Source: Octopus sinensis (lineage: Eukaryota). From it: a stretch of 64,000 nt of DNA. Shown in pieces: positions 26,474 through 37,592 of this stretch. Position 1 is the stretch's first letter, and every line of letters begins with the position of its first letter. The translations under genes were made by a program, and so were the position numbers. Below the pieces are notes generated by a model. The model did not search any database, was not told where the DNA came from, and saw only the letters and a list, made by a program, of their open reading frames with translations. The stretch lies in assembly GCF_006345805.1 (NCBI RefSeq), contig NC_043019.1, positions 31,681,360 to 31,745,359 of the forward strand, given 5' to 3'.

Positions 26474-26635
26474 GGAAAAGCCGAATTTATTGGTCGAGCT
26501 ATTGCAAAACCTGTTGTGAAAATGTACAATGAGAAATACTGTAAACCAAAATTTCCTCCAAAACTTGAATGGTGGGACATATACCGTGGATCTGACCATG
26601 CTGGAGAATTACTGGCTGCATTTGAACTCTTACAG
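26474..26635 (+). CDS. OTOF: Otoferlin exon ([13 protein letters not shown]...[10 protein letters not shown]), C2D end
   Basis: ccacag|GGA...CAG|gtgagc; 162 nt. Confidence 0.97.
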
Positions 26636-26937
26636 GTGAGCATCGTAACTCCGTCAAATTGTATTATTTTTATACACGATTTTAAAAATTAAGCACAAGA
26701 AAAAATTTTTTTTTTCTTTCTCATTTTGTTTCTTTGGTTGGAATTGGAAGTTTTTTTTTTAATGAGATGTTGCAAATGAGATGCAAAAAGAATTTCAAAT
26801 ATGTAATAATAATAATAATAATAATAATAATGATAATGTTAATAATGATGATGATGATGAAAATAATAATTATAATGACGATAATGATAATGATGATAAT
26901 AATAATGATAATAGTAATAAATAATTGCAGTAGTAGC

Positions 26938-26991
<54 letters not shown>

Positions 26992-29636
26992 TAAAATAGG
27001 GTGATTAATTTTTAATTTTTACTTTTTATTTCATTTATTTTTATTTTTTATTTATTTTTTTACTTTATTTATTTTTTTAAAAAATTTATTGGCTAATTAA
27101 ATTTAGGCAGTAATCATGTGATGCTGAACAAATTTGCTTTTACAGTAATTCTGTAAGTAAATAATTTGGAAAAATAATATAATTACAATAATAAGTGAAT
27201 TAGCTTTCTATATTGTCGAAGATATCTCTTAGATTACCTATTATGTTAACACATGTCTAATACATATAATACACACACCATTGATACACCATATATACAC
27301 ATAATGCTTACATAATATATATGCATCTACATCTAGCTCTGAAGTATATTGTTCATATAATTTTTCTTAATACAGTATGAATTTAAAGTGATTGTTCAAC
27401 CTAGATGAAAACTGCAGTCTCTGATTTTGCAACAACATATATACATTAGGTATATTATACAGGTAACAGTTTTATTATAGGGCTGCTTGTAGTCATTATT
27501 TGAATTTCATTCAGCCTTTGTAGTGGTGTCTTTGCAAACCAGTGTATAGTTTATACTCTGTCTCTGTATACTTCAAACTGGCTGATTTGATCTTGTTTCA
27601 GTGTGTAACATTGAGAAGCTGCAAAAATAATGAAATGTGCACTCGTTGCTGTCACAGTCAGTTCCAGGGCAACTTTGTTGAATCTAGCTCTGAAGTATAT
27701 ATTTTTTTTCAACACCATATGTCTATAGAGGGATTTTTACCCTCACAAAACATGCAGCTTCTGCCTTTTCAATGATAGACATACATTATGTATGTCATAT
27801 AAACAGACACATAATATACACATCCTGTGAACATCACATTCACATCATGTAGAAATTACATGCACTTGGAATCTGCTATGAAATTAATTCATGTTTTCTA
27901 CTTGCTGTTTGTATTGTATCAGTCATACGTTAGATAGATTTAGGAAATTTTTTATTAAAGTATTTCAGGATATAAGACTTAATATTATTATAGGCACTAA
28001 CCTTACTGCTGTTAATTTTCTAGATACAACCTTGTGATTCGATAATAATGGTTTCCGGCCATTCCACAAACTGAATGAGAGATTAGTGTTTATACACAGG
28101 CAATCAAATCATCCACCTAGCATCTTGAGGAACTTAGTTCACTATATTTATTAAATAGGTGTATATGATATCTTCCAGTGAAAAGGCTTATGTAGTAGTA
28201 ATTGGGTTCTATGGTAAGATTAGATTCATAAAAAGCATTGAGGGTGCAGAGCATAACAAGAAGAATATCAAAAATATTTTATAGTATAACACAGTGTTTA
28301 ATCTAGTAGAAAGGAAGGACATAGGGAATTATTTTAATCTGTTCAACTACAATTTTTCATCAAGGCATAAATATACTAAGGTACTGATTTCAAATTTTGG
28401 CACAAGGCTTGAAATTTTGTGGGAAGGGGATAGTCAATTACATTGAACCCAGAGTTCAAATAGTATTTATTTCAATGACCCCAAAAGGATGACAGACAAA
28501 GTCGATCTTGATGGAATTTGAATTCAGGATGGAAAGATGAAGGAAACACTGATAATCATTTTACCTGTCTAGCTAACAGTTCTGCCAGCTTGCTACCTTC
28601 ATGGATGTATGTAGTAAGATATTTAAACAAGAACTGTTTTAAGGTTAGTTGTTCAGCTTGTAAGAATTTAAATCGTTATATCAGAGGTTGTAATGTTGTA
28701 AGGCTAAATGTAAAAGAAAAGCAAACAATTGACCAACACCAATCATGCAACCTCAGAATTCATGAGAATTGCCTATTAGATGGTAATTGTATTTTAAAGT
28801 TAATAATTTAGAATGCTAAAGTAGAAAGAAACAATAGAGATGAACCTGAAATAAGTATTGAGGTAACTGAACTATCATTCAAAAATCGATTTCATAAGCA
28901 TGAACATTCATTTCTCAGCCCTGGTAAAAAAATTTTAGGGTTCTGTTGAAACTTATATAGTTCTTATGTGAAATGAGACCTCACAAATTCAAAATTAATT
29001 ACTCAGTTGTAGGTACTATATAGTAAAAGCTCCTTCAAATTAAAAATGTTTTAATGAAGTAATGGTTTAAATAGAATTATTAGCACTTAGTATATTTGGT
29101 GTGAGTGCCAAACTCTGATTTTCATGCCAGTTCAAAAAAGTTTTTTAAATAAAACATTGGTTTTGAAATGTTTGTAAAAACATTGCTCAAGCAACAGTGC
29201 AATTTCATAAGAGAATGACAATTCTTAAAGTGACCCTCCCTGTGCAAAGTTTAGAAGCAGGATGCTGGGATAAGTTAAATAAAAATACTTTTGAAATATT
29301 CCTGCATGAGCCAGGAATGAAATGAAAACAATGAGCTTGAAAGTCATTTTTAAATGTATCCTTCATTCTTAACATCGTCCATTCCAACCCCTGTTTTATC
29401 TATCGTTCACTTACCCTCCATACACTTGCAACTTTTAATTCTATTAACCCATCTCCTTATCACTCATTCCTCCACCACCCTTCTATCTACTGTGTTATTC
29501 TACTACTCTAAGTATTGAAATTAGAACCTGTTGTTATATCACCATTTTTGTATAAGCAATGTCGATTTGATGGAGAGAGTGAGCTAATGTACAGCACATA
29601 CATTTGATCTCTATAAACAAATCATTTGTGCAGGTT

Positions 29637-29868
29637 CTGTTTCTTTACTACCCACAAGGGGCTAAACACAGAGAGAACAAACACGGACAGACAAACGGAT
29701 TAAGTCGATTTTATCGACCCCAGTGCGTAACTGGTACTTATTTAATCAATCCCGAAAGGATGAAAGGCAAAGTCGACCTCGGCGGAATTTGAACTCAGAA
29801 CGTAGCGGCAGGCAAAATACCGCTAAGCATTTCTCCTGGCACGCTGACGTTTCTGCCAGCTCGCCGCC
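29637..29868 (-). mobile_element. SINE family GGCGGCGAGCTGGCAGAA...GAGTTCAAATTCCGCC; representative copy with TSD
   Basis: Flanked by a near-perfect 12-bp TSD TTTGTGCAG(G/A)TT; other copies at 7578-7808, 7962-8192(-), 15664-15880, 20205-20412(-), 20505-20715(-), 28385-28600(-), 38020-38255(-), 40003-40215(-), 58381-59175 (three), 61225-61683(-, two). Confidence 0.85.
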
Positions 29869-30719
29869 TTTGTGCAGATTCATTCAGCAAAATCTGAATG
29901 CTTGTACATCATCTACAATGGGAGATTCCGTTATCATTATTTTTGTCCCTCCCATCTTTTTCAAAGTAGACAACGTAATAATCGTCTTCATATCATGCTC
30001 ATATATAACACAATACTGCTGTTCTAACAGCTTCTGTCCACCCTTCCTGTACTGCCACTTATTACCTCCTCATTCATGAGCTATTCCCTTTGCCTTCTCT
30101 TCCACACAGATATTTATATTTACTATCAACCATACCTTCACCCTTGTATATCATTCACTACATTAACCTCTAAACCATCTTTAATCCCTGTCACTCATTT
30201 CTCACACTCCTATGAACCTATCCACCCACCCTTACTGATCCTCTTTTCATACTCTCTTATACTCACCTTTTTGTACCTTGAGAGTATTCTCTGACATACT
30301 CCACCAGCATCTTTACTTTCCCAACTATAACCATCTACTCTTACATAATGTGAGGTGTAGCCATGTATTCCTTCTTCAGTAAGACACATGTGCCTGTCCC
30401 ACTATCATACCTGACATTAAGCCATCTCATCTTCTACTACAACCCTACTAAGTTGAGGTGGGATGGATGGGGACTCTTCTTTTCCTTTGTCTTGCAAGTT
30501 ACTTGGCAACCTCACTGTTGTCAACGTTATGAATAATTGTGAGCTGAAACAGATAGACTAACAAACAATTAATTAGGGAAGAGTTTATTAATGTAGGGAA
30601 GAGTTTATTAATGTAGGGAACATTGCATTGCTAATGAGAAATAATTGTATGTTGAGGATAACAAATAAACAATATTAGTCAACGATTAATATTATTTCCA
30701 TTTCCTTGGTAAATATTAG

Positions 30720-31380
30720 AGACAACTCTGAGTATGTTTCAGTTAAATTATAGCCTCATCAATATGGCAGCAACTTTATTATTAAAGTAGTGATGGAAGA
30801 GTCACTAAGGGCATGTACATATATTGGTTGGTATAGGAAAAAGATTTTCTTAGCAAATTTTGGAGATATGTTTCAGTTTTATTATCACTCATCAGTATAG
30901 CAAGATCTTTATTATACTTACTAAAGTGGTAATGGAGGACTCACTAAGTAAAGGTACATATCATGGAGGATGGCATGAGGAAAATGGTACTGTTTAGAGA
31001 CAAATTAATTGAATGAAGTCATGTTCACTTTCTTGGAAACGTTTCAGTTTTATAATGACCTCATCAGTATTGCATCAAGTTTGTTATACTTATTAAAGTA
31101 GTGATAGAAGAGCCACTAAGTAAATGTACACAAAGAGCATATGAAAATTAGTATCATTTGGATACAAATTAATTGAACAAAGTTATTTTGTGGAAAATGT
31201 TGTGGACAACTCTAAACATGTTCCAGTTTTATTATGACCTCATCAGTACTGCATCAAATTTGTTATACTTATTGAAGTAGTAATAGATGAGTCACTAAGT
31301 AAATGTACATGCATGGCATAGGAAAAATGATGCTGTTTGGATACAAATTAATTAAAATATGTCATTTATATGAAAATTAG
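30720..31380. repeat. Diverged tandem array, four units of 134-179 bp
   Basis: GTT(T/C)CAGTT...CTCATCA...CACTAAG anchors at 30736, 30870, 31041 and 31220. Confidence 0.8.
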
Positions 31381-31647
31381 AAATTAATATTAATATATCT
31401 AATAAGAACAATGTATGCAACATTTATCTGTTTGGTGTTCCCTCCTTTTATGCAAGCATCGTCTTTATTCAAGTGATGGGGAAAAAAAACCCACAAATTT
31501 TCCTTAAAGAGAAAATCTTGTTTAAACAGTGTTTTAATTCTTTCGGTCATTCTGTTTTCTTTCTGGTCAATTATTATTATTATTATTACTATCAGTATTT
31601 TCTTTCTTTTCTTTTATTTCTTGTCTGTGTTTTCCCTTCGTCTAAAG

Positions 31648-31716
31648 CATCCATTCGATGAAAAAGATTTAAGGCTTGCTCACGAAATACCACAGTATGC
31701 CAAGAAGAGATTGCGG
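31648..31716 (+). CDS. Candidate cassette exon HPFDEKDLRLAHEIPQYAKKRLR
   Basis: About 40 nt pyrimidine tract, ctaaag|CAT...CGG|gtataa; 69 nt, phase 0/0, open frame. Confidence 0.5.
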
Positions 31717-32026
31717 GTATAACTAACAACTTTGTTCTTGCTGCCAAAAGTCCTTGCTTCCTTTATTTCAAATTCAGGCATTTTATTAGTTGAGCATCCT
31801 ATAATCTCTTTGCTGATGCTTTTGACTTTTTACTTCTATTTCTTCTTCACTTTTTTTTCTCCAGTCTTCCACCTCTTCTTCCACTTCTTTCTCCTTCTTT
31901 GCCTTATTCTATCACTTTGTCAAACCTCCTACTTCTGCTCTTTTGTCTTTCCATCTCTCTCTCTGTCTCACTCACTCACTATCTATCTATCTATCTGTCT
32001 GTCTGTCTATCTATATCTATCTATCC

Positions 32027-32085
<59 letters not shown>

Positions 32086-32459
32086 AATCTATCTTGCTAT
32101 CTCTTTCTTATGCTCTTTCTCTTAATTCTTCATTTATACCTCTTTCATCTCTCTTAGTCTCTACTGGCTTCCTACCTCTCTTGTCTTGGCACTTTCTTGC
32201 ACAACACTATAAGCTAAGACACTAAAAAACATATAAGATATGTTCAATAAAGATATCACAGGCATCTGTATTTGATAACATTAGAATACAATATATTAAT
32301 ATATTCCTATATTTATATTCTCTTCAGTAATCTATGCATTGATTTTGAAGCACCTACATGGGAATATGTGCATATATAATTGAGTGTGTGGTGTGTATGT
32401 GTTTGTATATGTGTGTTCCTTTAAATATAATATAAATCTGTCTTTATGAGCATTCATAT

Positions 32460-32514
<55 letters not shown>

Positions 32515-32591
32515 ATCTACATTTACTTATATTTACATATACTTATGTGCATATATACATACATATATACATACAAACATACATATGTGTG

Positions 32592-32629
<38 letters not shown>

Positions 32630-33592
32630 CAAACATACATGCATATATGTACGTATGTACATATATATATGTATCTATGTATGTATCTATGTATGTGTGT
32701 GTGTGTACCAATAAAACAGTAGTTAATCATTTGCGTACTGCATATGTATGTAATCTTATATTTATGTGTGTTTGTATGTATGCTTGAACAAATAGATATC
32801 TGTGCTTATGTATGCATGTGTGTATATAGACAGCTAGAGCAAGAAAGAGAGTGAGATTGGTTGATACATGCATGCATGTCTATGTATATATGTCTGTATA
32901 TATATACATACATACACACATGCATATATATATATATATATACTTGCATAGACACACTCATAGATAGATGGATGGATGAACAGATGGATGGATGGATAGA
33001 TAGATATGAATACACAAAGATTCAATGCTATTAACAATCATGTCACGAAAGGCAAAGTCTCTACGTAGTACCATGCTCTGCACATGTATTTCTTGTAGTT
33101 ACCACTCACTCAACTGCACCTATGTCTCCCTCTGGCCTCCATCCCACCACCTCCACCTCACACACACACACACACAGATACTGACACTACTACTACAGCC
33201 CTTAGATTTTTTTTTTTTTTTTGTGGGTGTTAAAATATAGATATTTCTTCTCTCAGAATATGAAAACGATACTAAACCAAGCAGTAATGTCAACTGCCAG
33301 AATCACTTACTACATACATATATATATATATATATATATACACGCCACTAAAGTGACTAAGGGTATTCAGCAGCAGTATTGCTAGAAATAAGAGTTAAAA
33401 CAGTTCATAGCCACCATAACACATCTTATTTACTGTGCATTATTGTGGCTATGAATGGTTTTGACACTTATTTCAAGCAATACTGGTGGTGAATACTGCC
33501 CTCGGTTGCTTTAGTGACTTAAATATATTTCTGCTTTTCAGCTGAAAAATTGGTAACAAGCCACCCTTACTATTTATATATATATGTATATA

Positions 33593-33652
<60 letters not shown>

Positions 33653-33676
33653 TGTATGTATGTATGTATGTATGTA

Positions 33677-33724
<48 letters not shown>

Positions 33725-34509
33725 GTGTGTGTGGTGTGTGTGTGTGTGTGCGTGCATGCATGTGTGTGGTGTGTGTGTGTGTATATATATTTAAATAATA
33801 AGGGTTAAAAATTGATATTAATTAGATTAATATAAATTTAAACCATTGGCCTAGCATATTGAAAAAACCTGAAGATTCAGAAAATTATATTACATATATA
33901 TATAAGAGGAATGACCACTAGGTGGACTCCTAATATGCTAAATGTAAACCCCCACATGGTCTGACCACTGAGAAAAATTGTTCTCAAGAAAATTTGGCAA
34001 ACGCCAGGACGTAAATCAAGCAAGACAAATGAAAAGATACAAACTATAATGATTAGCCACATACCAGGTTTCATTGTTACCATTTACATTACGTAAATGT
34101 CTGCAAATCATCAGTGTAACCATCATACAAAGTATAATTTGCAGAACCATACATGAGATGGTATGTGACTAATCATTATATTTTGTATATTTTCATTTGT
34201 CTTGCTCACTTTATGTTCTGGCATTCAAGGCCAACAATTTCAGGGTTGGGAGTAAGTCAGTTACACCAAACCCAGTGCTTAACTGGTACTTACATTATCA
34301 ACCCCCAAAACGATGAAATGGAATACGCCTGGTAGCTTACTGGTAAAGCACATTCACTTTCACAGTGTTCATTGGGTATTTGATTAATGAGAGGGACATG
34401 TTGGAAGATATGAGAATAGATATCAATCACTACAATTGTTTTGACCCACCTAGCATTGATCACTCATGGGTGGGACACTTAACAACTGGATAGCCTTTGC
34501 TGAATTTGA

Positions 34510-34890
34510 ACACGTAAAAAGCACCATCCGATCGTGGCCGTTGCCAGCCTCGCCTGGCCTCCATGCTGGTGGCACGTAAAAAGCACCATCTGATCGTGGC
34601 CGTTGCCAGCCTTGCCTGGCCTCCGTGCCGGTGGCATGTAAAAAGCACCATCCGATCGTGGTCGTTTGCCAGCCTCGTCTGGCACCTGTGCCGGTGGCAC
34701 GTAAAAAGCACCCACTACACTCATGGAGTGGCTGGTGTTAGGAAGGGCATCCAGCCATAGAAACATTGCCAGATCAGACTGGGCCTGGTGCAGCCTTCTG
34801 GCTTCCCAGACCCCAGTTGAACCGTCCAACCCATGCCAGCATGGAAAGCGGACGCTAAACGATGATGATGATGATGATGATGATGATGGG
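34510..34890 (+). mobile_element. (GAT)n-tailed short element sharing the RTE 3' end, with an internal ~61-bp tandem repeat; representative copy
   Basis: ...AACCGTCCAACCCATGC.AGCATGGA..ACGG.CGTTAAACGATGATG tail; copies at 5490-5730, 9205-9490, 9720-9990, 15340-15620(-), 22215-22450(-), 43870-44360(-), 50760-51035, 52830-53100(-), 62030-62360(-). Confidence 0.8.
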
Positions 34891-36141
34891 CATAATGCTG
34901 CTAGGCAGTTTATCATGCCATAGATTGTTGATAATCACAGAGAAATTGCTGACCAGTTTATTATCTATTATCGGAGCAGATATAGCTTGGATTTGTCACT
35001 ATGTTGTTGAAACATTTTGACCAAGTGTCCAGTTTAAGTGTAACTTCCTCGCCGCCACCCATCTCACCAATAGTTTCAAAGACTTTGAAAAGGCCCTGGC
35101 TCATGACAACTGCTCTTCATTCCTTGCTAAAGCAGTAAAAGAAAGAATGAAATAATATGATGAAAGTGGAATCGGTTAATTATTGAATATTATAGTTTAG
35201 TAATCCTGGTTATGTCAGCATTATATGGAATTAACACAGAATCATTATACACAGGGATAATGTGTGTTGTGTTGTATGTATGTTTGAGTGTGTGTCTTTG
35301 TGTGTGTGTTTGTGTGTGAATGTGTTCATCTATGAGTGCATATGCTCATGTGTGTGAGTGCATGTATGTATGTGTGAATGCTTCTGTATGCGTGTGTGTG
35401 TATGAATGTATGTAAATGTGTGTGTACTTGTGTCTATGTGCACATGCACACATATGTGTATGTGTATACTCTTCCATCCTTCCCAGCGATGTCAGTCATT
35501 AGCTGTGGCCACACTGGAGCACAGATATCAGTTTATAAATTTAAGAAAGCTAAAAAATTGTGTCTCCATGTAAGACGCTATTCTCTGACAATGAATTTAA
35601 GCATTAAATTTCAGTTTGCAGTTTTACCATTGTGTGTTTCCAAAGAAATGCAATTACAATGTTTTTCATCCATGACTGTTCCCAATACAAAGTTTGTTTG
35701 ATATATACATATACATATACACATATAGTAATAATAATAATAATAACAATAGTCCATGGGTGGAATTTATTAATATTTCAATGCATCGCTACGCGCGTTT
35801 CCACGGATCCTGTGTCCCTTAAGATCATAGTCCATATTCCTGGGATGATTGCAGTACAGTCCATAGTATCCATGGACATCAGGTTGATCATGTTCACACA
35901 TTTACTTCTGGCCAGTCATATAGCGACCATTGGTTTCACACCTATAAAGCACTTAGCAGTATAGGCGACTCGTCAGGCTCAAAAGCTGTTTGTTTGAGTC
36001 TGATGAGTTGCCTATACTGCAAAGCACATTATAGATGCAAAACTATCAATACTCTTCCATCCTTCCCACCGATTTCAGTCATTAGCTGTGGCTAAAAAAT
36101 AAGGGTCACTCTACGACCAGTCATAACTTCTAACTTCCATA

Positions 36142-36470
36142 TACATTATTTACATTATTTACATTATTTACATTATTTACATTATTTACATTATTTACAT
36201 TATTTACATTTGATGGATATTTATTCTCATCTTGTTTGTTGTTAACACAGCGTTTCGGCTGATTACCCTCCAGCCTTCTTCAGGTGTTTTGGGGATATGG
36301 CGTAGTGGTTAAGCATGCGGGTTTGAAATTTCCCCAAGACACCTGAAGAAGGCTGGAGGGTATATCAGTTGAAACGTGTTAACAACAAACAAGATGAGGA
36401 CAAATATCTGTCGAATGTAAATAATATAAATAACGTACATAATTCCTCATCTCTTAAATATAGAACTGTA
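36142..36470. mobile_element. Head-to-head inverted pair of the same Penelope-like tail around a truncated tRNA head
   Basis: Arms ~36170-36295 and 36331-36450; hammerhead cores at 36244-36288 (-) and 36338-36380 (+); (TACATTATT)7 at the left end. Confidence 0.7.
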
Positions 36471-36753
36471 TTTCCATATACATGTACACACACACACATT
36501 ATTGATGTCATAAGAATCAACAAATTTTCAAGAGAACATAAAATAATCCCTGCCTGGAAGAGTGGATCTTGAAGCACACAATAAGCATGCAACTTGCAAA
36601 TATTGGGTCAAAAAAAAAAACCCACAGTATAGAAAATGTTGAAGTCTGAGTTGAGGTTTTTCTATCCAGCAAGGTTTTTTCAACCCAATATTTCTGTGCT
36701 GTTGTTTATGGTTTTGTGTGGTTTGAGCTCCACTGATCTTAGGACAAGATATA

Positions 36754-36812
<59 letters not shown>

Positions 36813-36824
36813 TTCCATAACTCT

Positions 36825-36862
<38 letters not shown>

Positions 36863-37363
36863 GAATAAATGAAGTAGAGTATCTGAATACCACATTTGTA
36901 TATTTTACTTATATAGACTAAACTTGCTGGCCTCTGTATTATTATTATTATTATTATTAATAATGATAATAATAATAATAATGGTAATAATACTTTATTA
37001 AATTTCATATTGTAATGACTCACTTTATGTTAATTTTTAAATGTCGCGGAGGCATTCAGATGAACAAATGCGCATGGCGTAATGTGATGAATATTTTGAA
37101 AAATAGATTAATACAGTAAGCTTGGATACTGATCCTTAAGTACTAAGGTACAAAAGGTGAGATCAATCGATACCAAGATATCTGTTTCTTGCTTTGTGAT
37201 AAGCCCTATTCTATTATATTCATTGCATTCACTGTGCGTATTTCCTAATAGTAAGAAATTTGTGGTTTTGGAGTGTTAACTCCTCTTTCTAGCAAGTGGT
37301 ATTCTGGTACCTTATTCTATTTATTTGTATATTTTACTTATATAGGTTAAACTTACTGGCCAC

Positions 37364-37400
<37 letters not shown>

Positions 37401-37571
37401 GTAATGATACTTTATTAAATTATATATATATCACATATATATGTTATATATATATATATACATATAATTGTTTCTTTGTTTTGGAATCGATACAAAAGAT
37501 ATTGAAGGGAAAGTAAAAAATAATCACAATCATGTTATGTTTTGTTTTATTTTTTTATTTTTGAATTTCAG

Positions 37572-37592
37572 AACGCACCCCCATCAGACGAG
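37572..37592 (+). CDS. Candidate 21-nt microexon NAPPSDE
   Basis: Long U tract, atttcag|AAC GCA CCC CCA TCA GAC GAG|gttggt; phase 0/0. Confidence 0.5.

Noticed and set aside
29400-30300. Purine-rich minus-strand tract with faint LINE RT-like peptides (EAVRTAVL)
   Set aside because: Too degenerate to support by eye; would need a profile HMM search.
35999-36025. CTGATGAG in the hairpin's right arm as a hammerhead
   Set aside because: No GAAA after a closing stem II.
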